Shown here: positions 38,187-51,639 of the stretch, one piece after another
Layout of the letters: each line of letters begins with the position of its first letter
Position numbering within the stretch: position 1 is the first letter of the stretch
NCBI GenBank assembly: GCA_963721215.1
Contig: CAVRIF010000001.1
Location: 31,123-95,122, forward strand
Source: an uncultured Actinomycetes bacterium
GTDB taxonomy: Bacteria > Actinomycetota > Thermoleophilia > Solirubrobacterales > 70-9
Direction: 5' to 3'
Length of the DNA: 64,000 nt
Notes under the pieces: generated by a model
Told to the model about the DNA's origin: nothing
Database searches by the model: none
Seen by the model: the letters and a program-made list of their open reading frames with translations, nothing else
Made by a program: the position numbers and the translations under genes

Positions 38187-38942
38187 TTGATGGGAGCCGT
38201 TCGCCTCACGATCGCCTACGACGGGACGCCGTTCGCCGGCTGGGCGGCGCAGCCAGGGCTGCGCACCGTGCAGGGAGAGCTCGACGCGGCGCTGGGACGG
38301 ATCCTCGGCGAGCCGGTATCGCTGACCGTTGCCGGCCGCACCGACGCGGGCGTTCACGCCTGGGGGCAGGTGGCAAGCTTCGAGCTCGAGGGTGCGCCGC
38401 CGGACGGTCTGGCGCACCGCCTGAACGCGGTCCTGCCATCGGCGATTTCCGTGATCGAGGCTGCCGCCGCCCCGGTGGGGTTCGATGCCCGGCGCGAGGC
38501 CCGGTCGCGAACGTACTGTTATTGGGTGCTGGCCTCCCCGGTGCGGCACCCGCTCGAGATCGGGCGGGCACTGTGGTGGCCGCACGCGGTCGAGCGGGCG
38601 GCGCTGGAGCGGTGCGCAGAGTCGCTGGTCGGGCGGCACGACTTCACGGCCTTCACACCCACGCAGACCGAGCACGTCCGCTTCGAGCGGGAGGTGATCC
38701 GCGCCGAGTGGCGCAGTCACAGGCTCGCGGAGCCATTTACGGGCGAGCTGCTCGAGTTCTGGATTGAGGCGGACGCCTTCATGCGCCACATGGTCCGGGT
38801 CCTGGTGGGGACGATGCTCGAGCTGGCAAACGGCAGGCGCAGCGCTGGGGAGTTCGAGGAGCTGCTTCGCGGCGCTCCGCGCGAGAGCGCCGGCGACACG
38901 GCTCCTCCCCACGGGCTCTACCTCGCGTCGGTCCGGTACTAA
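38187..38942 (+). CDS. truA: tRNA pseudouridine(38-40) synthase
   Basis: IAYDGTPFAGWAAQPG, VAGRTDAGVHAWGQV catalytic Asp region. Synteny after rplQ. Confidence 0.9.
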   Translation: MMGAVRLTIAYDGTPFAGWAAQPGLRTVQGELDAALGRILGEPVSLTVAGRTDAGVHAWGQVASFELEGAPPDGLAHRLNAVLPSAISVIEAAAAPVGFDARREARSRTYCYWVLASPVRHPLEIGRALWWPHAVERAALERCAESLVGRHDFTAFTPTQTEHVRFEREVIRAEWRSHRLAEPFTGELLEFWIEADAFMRHMVRVLVGTMLELANGRRSAGEFEELLRGAPRESAGDTAPPHGLYLASVRY

Positions 38943-40015
38943 TCGGCGTCCTCGCGGCCACTCAACTCCACCTCGCCGAGGCTTGCAGGGCGCGCGGGCA
39001 GGTAGATCGAGGAGCCGGTGGCCAGCAGGACGGGCTTGCCTTCGGCGTTGGTCACCGTGGCGCGGGTGATGGCGATCGTGCGGCCTGCGTGGACGATTTC
39101 CGCCCGCGCGGTCAGCTCGGTCTCGTCGGGCGGCACGGGGCGCAAGAAGTTGGCCTTTAGGTCGAGGCCGGCGAAGGCCAGCCCCGCAGGGGTGGTCGTC
39201 TCGACAGCGATCAGCATCGCGAAGTCGGCGAGCATCGCGATTGCGCCGCCCTGTAGCCGGCCGCTGGGGCTGGCGAGCCACTCGGTGCAAGGCATGACCA
39301 CGGTGGCCGCGCCGTTGCCGATCTCCACCGGTCGCAGCCCAGTCAGATGATGGAGTGGGGGTGGCGGCAGCTCGCCGGCGAGCTGACGGCGCACGATCTC
39401 AGCGCCGGGGAGCTCGTCCCAGACCTCTTGCTCGATCACCCCGTTCGGGGCCGGCCGGAGGTAGGGATCGGGCATTCCGTGCTGGGGCGCCTCGAACGGC
39501 TCCAGGTCGGTGGGTGGCTCGGGTGCAGGATCCAGCGGCGGAAAGATGGTCAGGCGCGAGGTGCCGTGGGCGAGTAGGCGCTCGCTTCGCTTCTCGATCA
39601 CGAAGACCTCCGAGAGCCCCACCGACCGGCCCACATGGATCGCCTGGCCGCTCGCCGTCAGGGTGCCCCCGGGGCGTGCAGGACGCAGGAACGACAGCGA
39701 TAACTCGGCGGTCGTAAAGGCCGTCGCCGCGGGCAGTTCAGTCTCGATGGAGCAGCCGAAGGCGATGTCGGCGAGTATCGCCAGGGTCCCGCCGGTGATC
39801 ACCCCATTCGACGCCACAAGCCAGCCCGAGGCGGGCATCTCGGCGTCGGCCGTTCCGGACCCGAACCCGGTTGGCCGAGCGCCCGTGAGGTGGGAAAGCG
39901 GTGGCGGCGGCCACAGACCCCGCCGCCAGCCCTCCAGGCGCTCGCGTCCCGGCAGCGCGATCAGCCGGCGATCCGGGTAGGAGCCCCGAACCGGCTCGTG
40001 CCAAATCCTCGCCAT
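38939..40015 (-). CDS. tandem hotdog-fold (PaaI-type) thioesterase-like protein
   Basis: Two repeats of the pattern HLTG.RP.. G....V.MP...WL....G...GG..A.LAD.A. The start is trimmed to ATG 40015 to avoid overlapping the upstream gene. Confidence 0.65.
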   Translation of the reverse strand: MARIWHEPVRGSYPDRRLIALPGRERLEGWRRGLWPPPPLSHLTGARPTGFGSGTADAEMPASGWLVASNGVITGGTLAILADIAFGCSIETELPAATAFTTAELSLSFLRPARPGGTLTASGQAIHVGRSVGLSEVFVIEKRSERLLAHGTSRLTIFPPLDPAPEPPTDLEPFEAPQHGMPDPYLRPAPNGVIEQEVWDELPGAEIVRRQLAGELPPPPLHHLTGLRPVEIGNGAATVVMPCTEWLASPSGRLQGGAIAMLADFAMLIAVETTTPAGLAFAGLDLKANFLRPVPPDETELTARAEIVHAGRTIAITRATVTNAEGKPVLLATGSSIYLPARPASLGEVELSGREDAD

Positions 40016-40052
40016 CTCGTGGCCATTCACCGCGCCTGACGCTACCCGACCC

Positions 40053-40601
40053 TCACAGGTCGAGTGGGGCCTGCGAGGGGCGATAGGTGAGCAGATCTCC
40101 CTCAACCACGGCGAACGGCGTCAGGTGGTGCTCCTCACAGCCGCCGCCGGGCTGGATGTGAACGACGCGCCAGCCGCGGATCAACAGCGCGTCGGCGATC
40201 AGCCGGCGATGACACCGTTGCCAATCGCCCTCAGCGCACATGATCGCCGCGCGACGCTCCCGCGCCCGGTCCTCGAGGCACCTCAGGCCGGCGGTGAACG
40301 CGGCGCTCTGCATGTGGTCGGCATAGGCGGCAAACGCGGCCACGCGCCAACCCATGTTCGGGGAATCGCGGCGCGGCCGACGCCGACCGCCGAGCTGCCT
40401 ACCAAGGCTCAGGTAGGCGATTCCCTCTTCCTCAAGCGTCGCGCTCAGCGAGTCGGCATTGAACTGGGGGTGCCTTCGCGACCCCGGGTAACGGCGAACG
40501 TCGGCGAGCAGGTCGATCCGGTGCACTCGAAGCAGCTCCTCGAAGCGATCCTGCGCGTGCGTCGAGTGGCCAATCGTGAGCACGCGTGGAGGGACAGGCA
40601 C
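40053..40601 (-). CDS. DUF488 family protein
   Basis: VLTIGHSTH...LLADVRRYPGSRRHPQF ... AAIMCAEGDWQRCHRRLIADAL is the typical DUF488 pattern. Confidence 0.75.
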   Translation of the reverse strand: MPVPPRVLTIGHSTHAQDRFEELLRVHRIDLLADVRRYPGSRRHPQFNADSLSATLEEEGIAYLSLGRQLGGRRRPRRDSPNMGWRVAAFAAYADHMQSAAFTAGLRCLEDRARERRAAIMCAEGDWQRCHRRLIADALLIRGWRVVHIQPGGGCEEHHLTPFAVVEGDLLTYRPSQAPLDL

Positions 40602-40653
40602 ACCCCAATTCTCGCGCCCGCGCGTCCAAGCGCCCTCCCTAGAATCGGTGGAG

Positions 40654-43481
<2,828 letters not shown>

Positions 43482-43482
43482 T

Positions 43483-43581
43483 CCGCCGGAAGCCTCGCCT
43501 GCGGCTGCGTTTCCGGCGGGCGAGGGTTCCGGCCTGACCCGGCAGGTCGATTCGCAACTACCGCGACTTCGTCGCTAGCCC
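43483..43581 (-). repeat. structured repeat, copy G (intergenic, inverted orientation)
   Basis: The reverse complement reads GGGCTAGCGACGAAGTCGCGGTAGTTGCGAATCGACCTGCCGGGTCAGGCCGGAACCCTCGCCCGCCGGAAACGCAGCCGCAGGCGAGGCTTCCGGCGG. It begins 1 nt after the ligA TAG. Confidence 0.9.
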
Positions 43582-44838
43582 GGGCGTCTGTACCGTGCGA
43601 TCAGCGCCGCCATCTTGTCCTGGGCGCGGTGCGCGGTGGCGATGTCGACCGAGTTCATCAGGATCGAGAAGGCGACCAGTCGGTGGCCCGCGCGGCAGTA
43701 TCCCGAGAAGGTGCTGACGCCGATCAGGGTCCCGGTCTTGACTCGGCAGCGACCCTGGGCGGCGGTCCCGTTCATCCGCCGGCGGAGGGTGCCCTGGCGC
43801 CCCGCCAGCGGCAGCGAGTGACGAAATGCGCGCCCGCTGGGCTGGCGGTCCATCGCCACGAGGAAGCGCCCCAGATGGCGCGGGGAGGCGCGATTGGAGC
43901 GCGACAGCCCCGAGCCGTTTTCCATCCGGACGTGGGCGCCCAGCTTGCGCGCGAAGTTCTCGGCCTTGTGCGCCCCGCCGAGTCGTCCCCTTCACCCCGC
44001 GACGGGCCGCGAGGCGCTTGAGAAGCATCTCCGCGAAGAAGTTGTTCGAGGGCCTGTTCGTCTCGGCGATCAGTTGCGCCAGCTTGGGCGACCTGACGCT
44101 GCCGAGTGGCTGGCGCCGAAGGACTCGGGCGGGAAGACGGGCGCGGCCCGTCCCCCGCTTGACGCGCACTCCCAGCTCTCGCAGCCGGCGCCTCAGCTTC
44201 CGCGCAGCGGCTCGCTCCGGGCTCGCAGCGTAGTGGCCGCCCCCGAAGCCCGAGTTGTAGGCAAGGCCCGAGAGCGGGCCCAGCTCCCCAGATCCATCGA
44301 CCCCACTAGTCGGCACCCCGCGGCGGCGGTCGAAGACCGTGTCGTCGGCGAGGATGGCGCCGGTGACGCGCCTGATTCCCGCCTTGCGGACGTCCCTCGC
44401 CAGGTTGGCGATCGAGGTCAGGGGCAGGTCGTTGCGCCGCGCGAAGCCCACGCTGGCCAGGGCAGGATCGCCGGCCCCGACGATCACCAAGCTGCCCCTG
44501 AGGGTGTGCCCGCGGAGGGCGTGCCTGCGACGCGGGTACAGCCTGGTCTTCAGCCGGTTGGTGGCGCCGAAGCGGTCGAGCACGGCGGCAGTCGTGAACA
44601 GCTTCGTATTCGAGGCCAGGATGCGACGCGTGTGCGACGCCCAGCTGAACAGCACCCGGTTGCGCGGCGCCGCGATGTCCATCACCCAGGCGCCGCTCGC
44701 GCCTCCCGCCTTCTGCATCTGGTTCTCAAGTCCGTTACGCAGCTTTGAGCGCGAGATGGAGCCCGGCGCATCGCTCGGCGCGAGCAGCGGCACGCACACA
44801 AGTGCAGCCATCGCTATCCCAAAGGTCCTTCCCCGCAC
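43575..44838 (-). pseudogene. dacB: PBP4-family D-alanyl-D-alanine carboxypeptidase/endopeptidase, frameshifted
   Basis: The N-terminal 2/3 (signal peptide, ASNTKLFT SxxK motif) is in the frame of ORF 43558..44838. The C-terminal third (ENGSGLSRSN, KTGTL) is in the frame of ORF 43575..43925. The frames switch by 1 nt inside CGCCCCGCCG at about 43971-43982. Confidence 0.65.
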
Positions 44839-44889
44839 CGCCGGCAGGGTAGCCGCTGCACCCGGACGCCGCCGCTGCCTGAATGCGGC

Positions 44890-46230
44890 ATGCCGCAGCC
44901 TGCCTCACCGGACGGCATAATGGGTGACTCCATGGGCAAGGTCGTCGAGCTCGAGACGCCCCGTACGGACTCGCGGGCGGCTCGGAGCAAGAGAAGTCGC
45001 CGGCAGCGATCAAAGACTGCGCTCGTGCTCGGCGGAGGGGGTTTCACCGGCGGCGTGTACGAAATCGGCGCCCTTCGGGCCCTCGACCTGCTGGCCGTCA
45101 ACCGTACGATCAACGAGTTCGACGTCTACGTGGGCACCAGCGCGGGGTCGTTTGTGGCCAGTATGGTGGCCAACGGGATCACGCCCGAGGAGATGATGCG
45201 GGTGCTGAACCACGAGCTGCCGTCGCCGTTGCGGGACATCTCGCTGGGCACCCTGCTGAAACCGAACTACAGCGGTTTCGTACGCAAGTCGCTCACCTTC
45301 CCGCTGCGGGTGGCGGGAGTGGCGAAGGAAGTGGCCAGCCATCTGAGCGAGCTCTCGGCAGTCGACGTCGTCACCGGTCTGGCGAGCGGCCTGCCGACGG
45401 GCATCTACAGCGGGCGCGGGATCGAGAGCTACGTCGCCGAGGTGCTGGCGGACCCGGATCGAAGCAACGACTTCCGGCTCCTCGACGCGGAGCTGTACCT
45501 GACCGCGACCGACCTCGACACGACAGAACGCGTCGTGATGGGCGAGGGCGATTGGGCTGACGTTCCGATCTCCACGGCGGTTGCGGCCTCCGGCGCCCTG
45601 CCGATGATCTACGAGCCCGTGGAGATCAACGGTCGCGAATTCATCGACGGCGGCATCCGCTCGACGACGAACGTCGATGTAGCGGTCGAGCATGGCGCCA
45701 AGTTCATCGTGGTCATCAACCCGCTGGTGCCTTACACGAACGACTTCTCCAAGCGGATCCCGACGGTTACCGGAACCCGGGCGCGCCGGGTGTCCGACAT
45801 GGGGTTCACAGCGATTGGCAATCAGGCCTTCCGGGTGCTCTCACACGAGCGCCTCCACGTCGCGGTCCAGCATTGGGAGCAGCGCTATCCGGGTGTCGAC
45901 ATCATCCTGATCGAGCCCGACCTGCACGACGAGCTGATGTTCGGCACCTCCATCCTCGATTACGGCGCCCGCCTCGAGATCGCCAAGCACGGCTTCGAGT
46001 CGGTGACCCTGAAGCTCGCCCGCGACTACGACCGCTACAAGGCGATCGCTGAGCGCCATGGCATCCAAATAGCGGCTCGCCGCGTCCGCCACGTGCTCGA
46101 CCAGGTCGAGCGCGAGCGCGAGAAGCAGTCAGCGTGGCGGCGCGTATTGGAGCAGACGACGGCGGTGCTGCTCAGGCAACAGAACTCCGAAGCCGCTGAG
46201 CCAGCCTCGGAGGCAGCCGAGCCGGACTAG
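44890..46230 (+). CDS. patatin-like phospholipase family protein
   Basis: LVLGGGGFTGGVYEIGALRAL oxyanion region, GTSAGS nucleophile elbow, DGGI catalytic Asp. Confidence 0.85.
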   Translation: MPQPASPDGIMGDSMGKVVELETPRTDSRAARSKRSRRQRSKTALVLGGGGFTGGVYEIGALRALDLLAVNRTINEFDVYVGTSAGSFVASMVANGITPEEMMRVLNHELPSPLRDISLGTLLKPNYSGFVRKSLTFPLRVAGVAKEVASHLSELSAVDVVTGLASGLPTGIYSGRGIESYVAEVLADPDRSNDFRLLDAELYLTATDLDTTERVVMGEGDWADVPISTAVAASGALPMIYEPVEINGREFIDGGIRSTTNVDVAVEHGAKFIVVINPLVPYTNDFSKRIPTVTGTRARRVSDMGFTAIGNQAFRVLSHERLHVAVQHWEQRYPGVDIILIEPDLHDELMFGTSILDYGARLEIAKHGFESVTLKLARDYDRYKAIAERHGIQIAARRVRHVLDQVEREREKQSAWRRVLEQTTAVLLRQQNSEAAEPASEAAEPD

Positions 46231-46255
46231 CCTCCCGCTGGCGGCGGGACAGCCG

Positions 46256-48067
46256 TCAGCTCGAGTAGAGAGACTGGATTTCGCCGGCGTACTTGTCGGC
46301 GACCACGTTGCGCTTCACCTTCAGCGTCGGAGTCAGCTCACCCTCCTGCTGGGAGAGATCGCGGGGCAGGATCTTGAACTTCTTCACCTGCTCGACGCGG
46401 GCGAACTTCTGGTTCGCCTTCTCGATGTGCTCCTCGATCGCTTGGCGGACCTCGGCGTTCGAGGCCATCGCCTCCGGATCCTCCGGCAGCCCGTGCTCTT
46501 TGGCGAAGGTCGCCGCCTCCTCGGGGTCGAGCGTGACCAGGGCGACGAGGTACGGCTGGCGGTCGCCGATCACCACGCACTGCGAGACCAGCGGATGTTG
46601 CTTCACCTCGGCCTCGATGTTCGCGGGGGTGATGTTCTTGCCCCCGGCGGTGATGATGATGTCCTTCTTGCGGCCGGTGATCTTGAGGAAGCCGTCGGCG
46701 TCGATCTCGCCGATGTCGCCGGTGTGGAGCCAGCCATCCACGAGCGTTTCGCGGGTCGCCTCGGGGTTCTTGTAGTAGCCCTGGAAGACGTTCGGCCCGC
46801 GCACCAGGATCTCGCCGTCGTCGGCGATCTTCACCTCGCAGCCGGGGAACGGCTTGCCGATCGTCCCGAACTTGAACTCGTCGGCCCTCGCGATCGTCGC
46901 CGCGGTTGAGGTCTCCGTCATCCCCCAGCCCTCGAGCACGAGCACGCCGGATGCGTCGAAGAAGCGGAGGATCTCCGGGTTGATCGGGGCGGCGCCGGAG
47001 ACCGCCTCGATGATCCGTCCCCCGAACAGATTGCGGATGTTCGACAGCACCAGGCGGTCCGCGATCTCGTACTGGATGCGAAGCGGGGGCCACGGGCTCT
47101 TGCCCTGGCGCTCGAGCTCGCGGACTCGGTGGCCCACGCCCACCGCCCAGTTGAAGATCGCCTTCTGCACGCCGCCCGCGCTCTCCGCCTTCGAGGTCGC
47201 GGTGGTGTAGATCTTCTCGAAGATCCGCGGCACGGAGGGGAAGTAGTGAGGTTTGACTTCGGCCAGGTTGGGGAGGATCTTCAGCGGGTCGCGGTCCCAG
47301 TAGGCGAGGACGCCGCCGACGTCGAAGCTGAGCAGCTGGATCAGGAGTGCGAACGAGTGGGCGAGAGGCAGGTAGAGATAGGTGATCCGACCGGCCTCGA
47401 GCACGCTCTGCTCCAGCGACATGTTGAGCATCGCGCGGTAGTTGCCGTGCGAGATCACGCAGCCCTTGGGCGGGCCGGTGGTGCCTGACGTGTAGATGAA
47501 CGTGCAAATGTCGTCTGGGACGACCGAGCGCCACCGCTCCTCCCACTCCGAGACCTCGTGCGAGGCGCCGCGCTGAGCGAGCTCGTCGGCCGAGATCGCG
47601 TCGTCGCTGGAGCCGGTCATCAGGATCACGTGCTCGAGCTTCGGGCAACGGTCGCGGACCTGCCGGATCTTGTCGAGCTGCTCGGAGTCCTCGACCACCA
47701 CAACCTTGGCGTCGGAGTTCTCGAGCACGTACTGGCATTCCTCGGGCGAGTTGGTCTGGTAGATCGGCACCACGATCGCGCCGGCGGTCAGCGCGGCGAA
47801 GTCGTGGTGGGTCCACTCCGGGCGGGTGTTCGCGAGGATCGACACCTTGTCGCCCTTCTGAACTCCGAGATCGATCAGGCCAAGCGCCAGGCTGCGAACC
47901 CGATCGCCGACCTCGGCAAAGCTCTGGGTGGCCCACTCGCCGGAGTCGTCGCGGTACATCACCGCGGCCTGGGAGCCGTACTTCTTCACGGCGGCCGGAA
48001 GGAGGTCCGCGATCGTCACCGAACCGGCGCCGGTCGCCGAACGGGACTCGACGGTCGCTGTCTCCAT
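46256..48067 (-). CDS. fadD: long-chain fatty-acid--CoA ligase (AMP-binding)
   Basis: IYTSGTTGPPKG AMP-binding motif, GWLHTGDIG, GKNITPANIE, typical FACS C-terminus. Confidence 0.9.
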   Translation of the reverse strand: METATVESRSATGAGSVTIADLLPAAVKKYGSQAAVMYRDDSGEWATQSFAEVGDRVRSLALGLIDLGVQKGDKVSILANTRPEWTHHDFAALTAGAIVVPIYQTNSPEECQYVLENSDAKVVVVEDSEQLDKIRQVRDRCPKLEHVILMTGSSDDAISADELAQRGASHEVSEWEERWRSVVPDDICTFIYTSGTTGPPKGCVISHGNYRAMLNMSLEQSVLEAGRITYLYLPLAHSFALLIQLLSFDVGGVLAYWDRDPLKILPNLAEVKPHYFPSVPRIFEKIYTTATSKAESAGGVQKAIFNWAVGVGHRVRELERQGKSPWPPLRIQYEIADRLVLSNIRNLFGGRIIEAVSGAAPINPEILRFFDASGVLVLEGWGMTETSTAATIARADEFKFGTIGKPFPGCEVKIADDGEILVRGPNVFQGYYKNPEATRETLVDGWLHTGDIGEIDADGFLKITGRKKDIIITAGGKNITPANIEAEVKQHPLVSQCVVIGDRQPYLVALVTLDPEEAATFAKEHGLPEDPEAMASNAEVRQAIEEHIEKANQKFARVEQVKKFKILPRDLSQQEGELTPTLKVKRNVVADKYAGEIQSLYSS

Positions 48068-48175
48068 TCGCTCTCCTCCTTCGTTTGGAGTTCTGAGATC
48101 GACCGAGCGCCTCGCGCCAAGACCGATCGAGCGGCTGATTCCGCTGCTTGTGAAGGCTATCTCAGCGAACCGGCG

Positions 48176-48358
48176 CTAGGCGGCGGCCCGGGGCTGTTTC
48201 GGTTGCTGCGCGAGCTGGCGCAGCGAGGAGAGGAAAAGGGTCTTGTCGATACGGCCGTTGAAGATTGGGACGCCCATCTCCATGCACTTAGAGATCACCT
48301 CGCGCCGCTTCATGTCGACTTCCTCAGCGAGCTCGGTGGGCGTCAAGTGGATGGCCAC
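48176..48358 (-). CDS. small helix-turn-helix DNA-binding protein (excisionase/MerR-like HTH)
   Basis: 60 aa from GTG 48358, preceded by a strong SD (GGGAGGAG, 8-nt spacer). LTPTELAEEVDMKRREVISKCMEMGVPIFNGRIDKTLF resembles HTH_17-type domains. Confidence 0.6.
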   Translation of the reverse strand: MAIHLTPTELAEEVDMKRREVISKCMEMGVPIFNGRIDKTLFLSSLRQLAQQPKQPRAAA

Positions 48359-48475
48359 GAATTGAACTCCTCCCGGTCGTTTGCCTATCTGATTCTTATC
48401 GCCCGAGGCGGATGTGTCAACGCTTTTTCCCCCAAATTGCGCCACATCAGGCGCGCCGGTCGAAGCGCATCTACG

Positions 48476-48769
48476 ATGTTTCGCACCGTGGTCGACGAGG
48501 CACAGTCGCTTTCGCCCCCCACCGAGCCGCTCGCCGGCGACGAGGGCTCGTTCCTGGAGTCGCTGATGGACACTGAGCTGTACTCGATCGGCGCCTTCTT
48601 CTGCGACGAGCATCCGGACCTGGTGGACGAGGTGGTGGCCCGCAGCGAGGCGATCGAGCGCAGCGGGCTGGAGGCCTACTCGCGGCAGAGCGGCGGGCCG
48701 ATCGAGGAGAGCTTCGAGACGCTCCTCACCGGCCTCGCGGTTCGCTACTACAAGGCGGTCGCCGGGTAG
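48476..48769 (+). CDS. hypothetical acidic protein
   Basis: 97 aa from ATG 48476, directly followed by the start of the next gene (TAGATG). No recognisable motif and no clear SD. Confidence 0.4.
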   Translation: MFRTVVDEAQSLSPPTEPLAGDEGSFLESLMDTELYSIGAFFCDEHPDLVDEVVARSEAIERSGLEAYSRQSGGPIEESFETLLTGLAVRYYKAVAG

Positions 48770-49459
48770 ATGCACAGGAGCCCATGGCTGCCGCGCCTGC
48801 TGCTGGGCGTCGGCGCCGTAGGCCTCCTCGCGGCGGTCGTGTCCCTCTCGATCGGCGAAGGTGGCCCCGAGAAGATCGCGATCAGCGGCGGCGAGCAAAC
48901 CCAGCAGCTGATCGCCGGGATTCCGCAGGACGGCCCCTATCTGGGCCCGAGCGACGCGCCGGTCACGATCACCGTCTTCAGCGACCTCCAGTGCTCGAGC
49001 TGCGACGACTACCAGCTCCACACGGTCGACCCGTTGATCGAGCAGTACGCTCGCAGCCGCGAGGCCAGGCTCGAGTTCCGCCACATCTCGCTCCAGGAGG
49101 CCGAGACGACGGAGGCCGCCTACGCCGCAACCGCAGCGGGGGAGCAGGACCGCCAGTGGCAGTACATCGACCTCCTGTTCCGCAACCAGGACGAGGCTCC
49201 CGCGAACATCGTCTCGGACGAGTTCCTCGAGGACATCGGTAACGCGATCCCGGACTTCGACCTCGATGCTTGGAAGCAGGCGCGCGACTCGTCCGAGGTA
49301 GCAGACCGGGTCGAGACCGACGCGGCGCTCGCCGCCGAGCTGGGCCTGCGGGTCGAGGGGCCGTCGGTGATGGTCAGCGGGCCCGGCGGCACGGAGGTGC
49401 TTCAGGACTCGCCGTCCAAAGAGCAGATAGACGCCGCCGTGTCGGCCGTCGGGGTCTAG
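48770..49459 (+). CDS. DsbA-like thioredoxin-fold protein (membrane-anchored/secreted)
   Basis: N-terminal hydrophobic anchor. PVTITVFSDLQCSSCDDY contains a CxxC active site in DsbA-family context. Confidence 0.75.
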   Translation: MHRSPWLPRLLLGVGAVGLLAAVVSLSIGEGGPEKIAISGGEQTQQLIAGIPQDGPYLGPSDAPVTITVFSDLQCSSCDDYQLHTVDPLIEQYARSREARLEFRHISLQEAETTEAAYAATAAGEQDRQWQYIDLLFRNQDEAPANIVSDEFLEDIGNAIPDFDLDAWKQARDSSEVADRVETDAALAAELGLRVEGPSVMVSGPGGTEVLQDSPSKEQIDAAVSAVGV

Positions 49460-49489
49460 TCAGGGCGCCTTTGGCAGAATGAATCGCCT

Positions 49490-49563
49490 CGGGGCGTGGC
49501 GCAGCCTGGTAGCGCGCACCGTTCGGGTCGGTGAGGTCGCCGGTTCAAATCCGGCCGCCCCGA
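49490..49563 (+). tRNA. tRNA-Pro (anticodon CGG)
   Basis: Hand-folded. Acceptor CGGGGCG/CGCCCCG, D arm GCGC-AGCCTGGTA-GCGC, anticodon stem CACCG/CGGTG with loop TTCGGGT (CGG), T arm GCCGG-TTCAAAT-CCGGC, discriminator A. Confidence 0.9.
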
Positions 49564-49639
49564 TACCTCACTGGGCGTTCTGGAGCAATCGATACCAGCC
49601 CAGGGGGCGCGATAGCCTCCCAGCCATGGAGGCCGCCCG

Positions 49640-50065
49640 GTGATCAGCGAGCGAGCGATGCGCGCCGTGCTGATCGTGCTGGGCGCCGTTCAGGCCGCCT
49701 CGGGCGCCCTCGCGCTGGTCGCGCCAGGCACCTTCTTCGACGAGATCGGCCGCTACGGGGTCGAGAACCAGCACTACGTCGGCGACGTGGGGGCCTTCGT
49801 GCTCGCCTTCGGGGCAGCGCTCCTGGTCGCCGCCTGGCATCCGTCGTGGCGGGTGCCGGTGCTGGCCCTGGGGGCGCTCTGGTCCGGGCTTCACGTGATC
49901 AACCACGTGTTCGACGTCGGCGAGGCGCGAAGCGACGCACGGGGGGCCTTCGATGCGGTCTACCTCGGCATCGCCGGGCTGCTCTATGTCTACCTGGCCT
50001 GGGCGGCGGCCAGGCTCCAAGCGCCAGGGGCGGCGAGCCCAGCCCGGGAGGAGGAGACCTCATGA
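49640..50065 (+). CDS. hypothetical 4-TM membrane protein
   Basis: 141 aa with four hydrophobic segments. The stop overlaps the next start (ATGA). Confidence 0.55.
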   Translation: MISERAMRAVLIVLGAVQAASGALALVAPGTFFDEIGRYGVENQHYVGDVGAFVLAFGAALLVAAWHPSWRVPVLALGALWSGLHVINHVFDVGEARSDARGAFDAVYLGIAGLLYVYLAWAAARLQAPGAASPAREEETS

Positions 50066-50994
50066 AGGTCTTCGTCGCCGGTGCCAGCGGAGTGATTGGG
50101 GGGCCGCTGGTGCGCCAGCTCGTTGACGCGGGACACGAGGTCACCGGGGCGACGAGCAAGCCGGAGAACACCGCCCGGCTCGAGGCTGCCGGCGCGACGG
50201 CGATCGTCTGCGATGCGCTCGATCCCGAGGCGGTGCACGCTGCGGTCCGGGAGGCGGCGCCGGAGGTCGTGATCAGCCAGCTCACCCGGCTTCCGCGCGA
50301 GTACAACCCGCGGAAGATCGACTACGGGCCAACCAACCGGGCGCGTGCCGAGGGCGGGCACAACATGATCGAGGCGGCACGTGCCGCCGGAGTCAGGCGC
50401 TTCATCACCCAGAGCGTCGCCTTTCTCTACGCGCCAGAGGGCGGGATGATCAAAGACGAGGAGGCGCGGCCGTGGGCGGACGCGCCAGACCCCTTCCGCA
50501 GCGGCGCCGACTCGACGCTGGAGCACGAGCGAGAAGCGACGCACACAGCCGGGCTCGAGGGCCTGGTGCTGCGCTACGGCCAGTTCTACGGGCCGGGCAC
50601 CTATTACGCCTCCGACGGGAACATCGCCGAGCAGGTGCGCCGCCGTCGCTTCCCGATCGTGGGCCGCGGCGAGGGGATGTTCTCCTTCATCCACGTTGAA
50701 GACGCCGCCTCGGCCACCCTTGCCTCGCTGGAGCGGGGCACGCCCGGCGTCTACAACGTCGTTGACGACGAGCCTGCCCTGCTGCGCGAGTGGCTGCCGG
50801 TTTACGCGGATGTACTGGGCGCGAAACGACCCCGTCGGGTGCCGACGTTCCTGGCACGGCTGGCGGCGGGCCCGTTCGCGGTGGCCTTCGCGACTGAGCT
50901 CCGCGGCGCCTCGAACGCCAAGGCCAAGCGCGAGCTCGGCTGGGAGCCCCGCTATGCGAGCTGGCGCCAGGGGTTTCGAGAGGCGCTTGGATAG
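50062..50994 (+). CDS. NAD(P)-dependent epimerase/dehydratase family protein
   Basis: From ATG 50062: MKVFVAGASGVIGGPLVRQLVDAGHEV Rossmann motif. Trimmed from a longer frame run. Confidence 0.8.
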   Translation: MKVFVAGASGVIGGPLVRQLVDAGHEVTGATSKPENTARLEAAGATAIVCDALDPEAVHAAVREAAPEVVISQLTRLPREYNPRKIDYGPTNRARAEGGHNMIEAARAAGVRRFITQSVAFLYAPEGGMIKDEEARPWADAPDPFRSGADSTLEHEREATHTAGLEGLVLRYGQFYGPGTYYASDGNIAEQVRRRRFPIVGRGEGMFSFIHVEDAASATLASLERGTPGVYNVVDDEPALLREWLPVYADVLGAKRPRRVPTFLARLAAGPFAVAFATELRGASNAKAKRELGWEPRYASWRQGFREALG

Positions 50995-51029
50995 GTTTCA
51001 GGCTCACAGCGAGCTAAGGAGAAGTGCAG

Positions 51030-51626
<597 letters not shown>

Positions 51627-51639
51627 AGATCAGGCCGGG

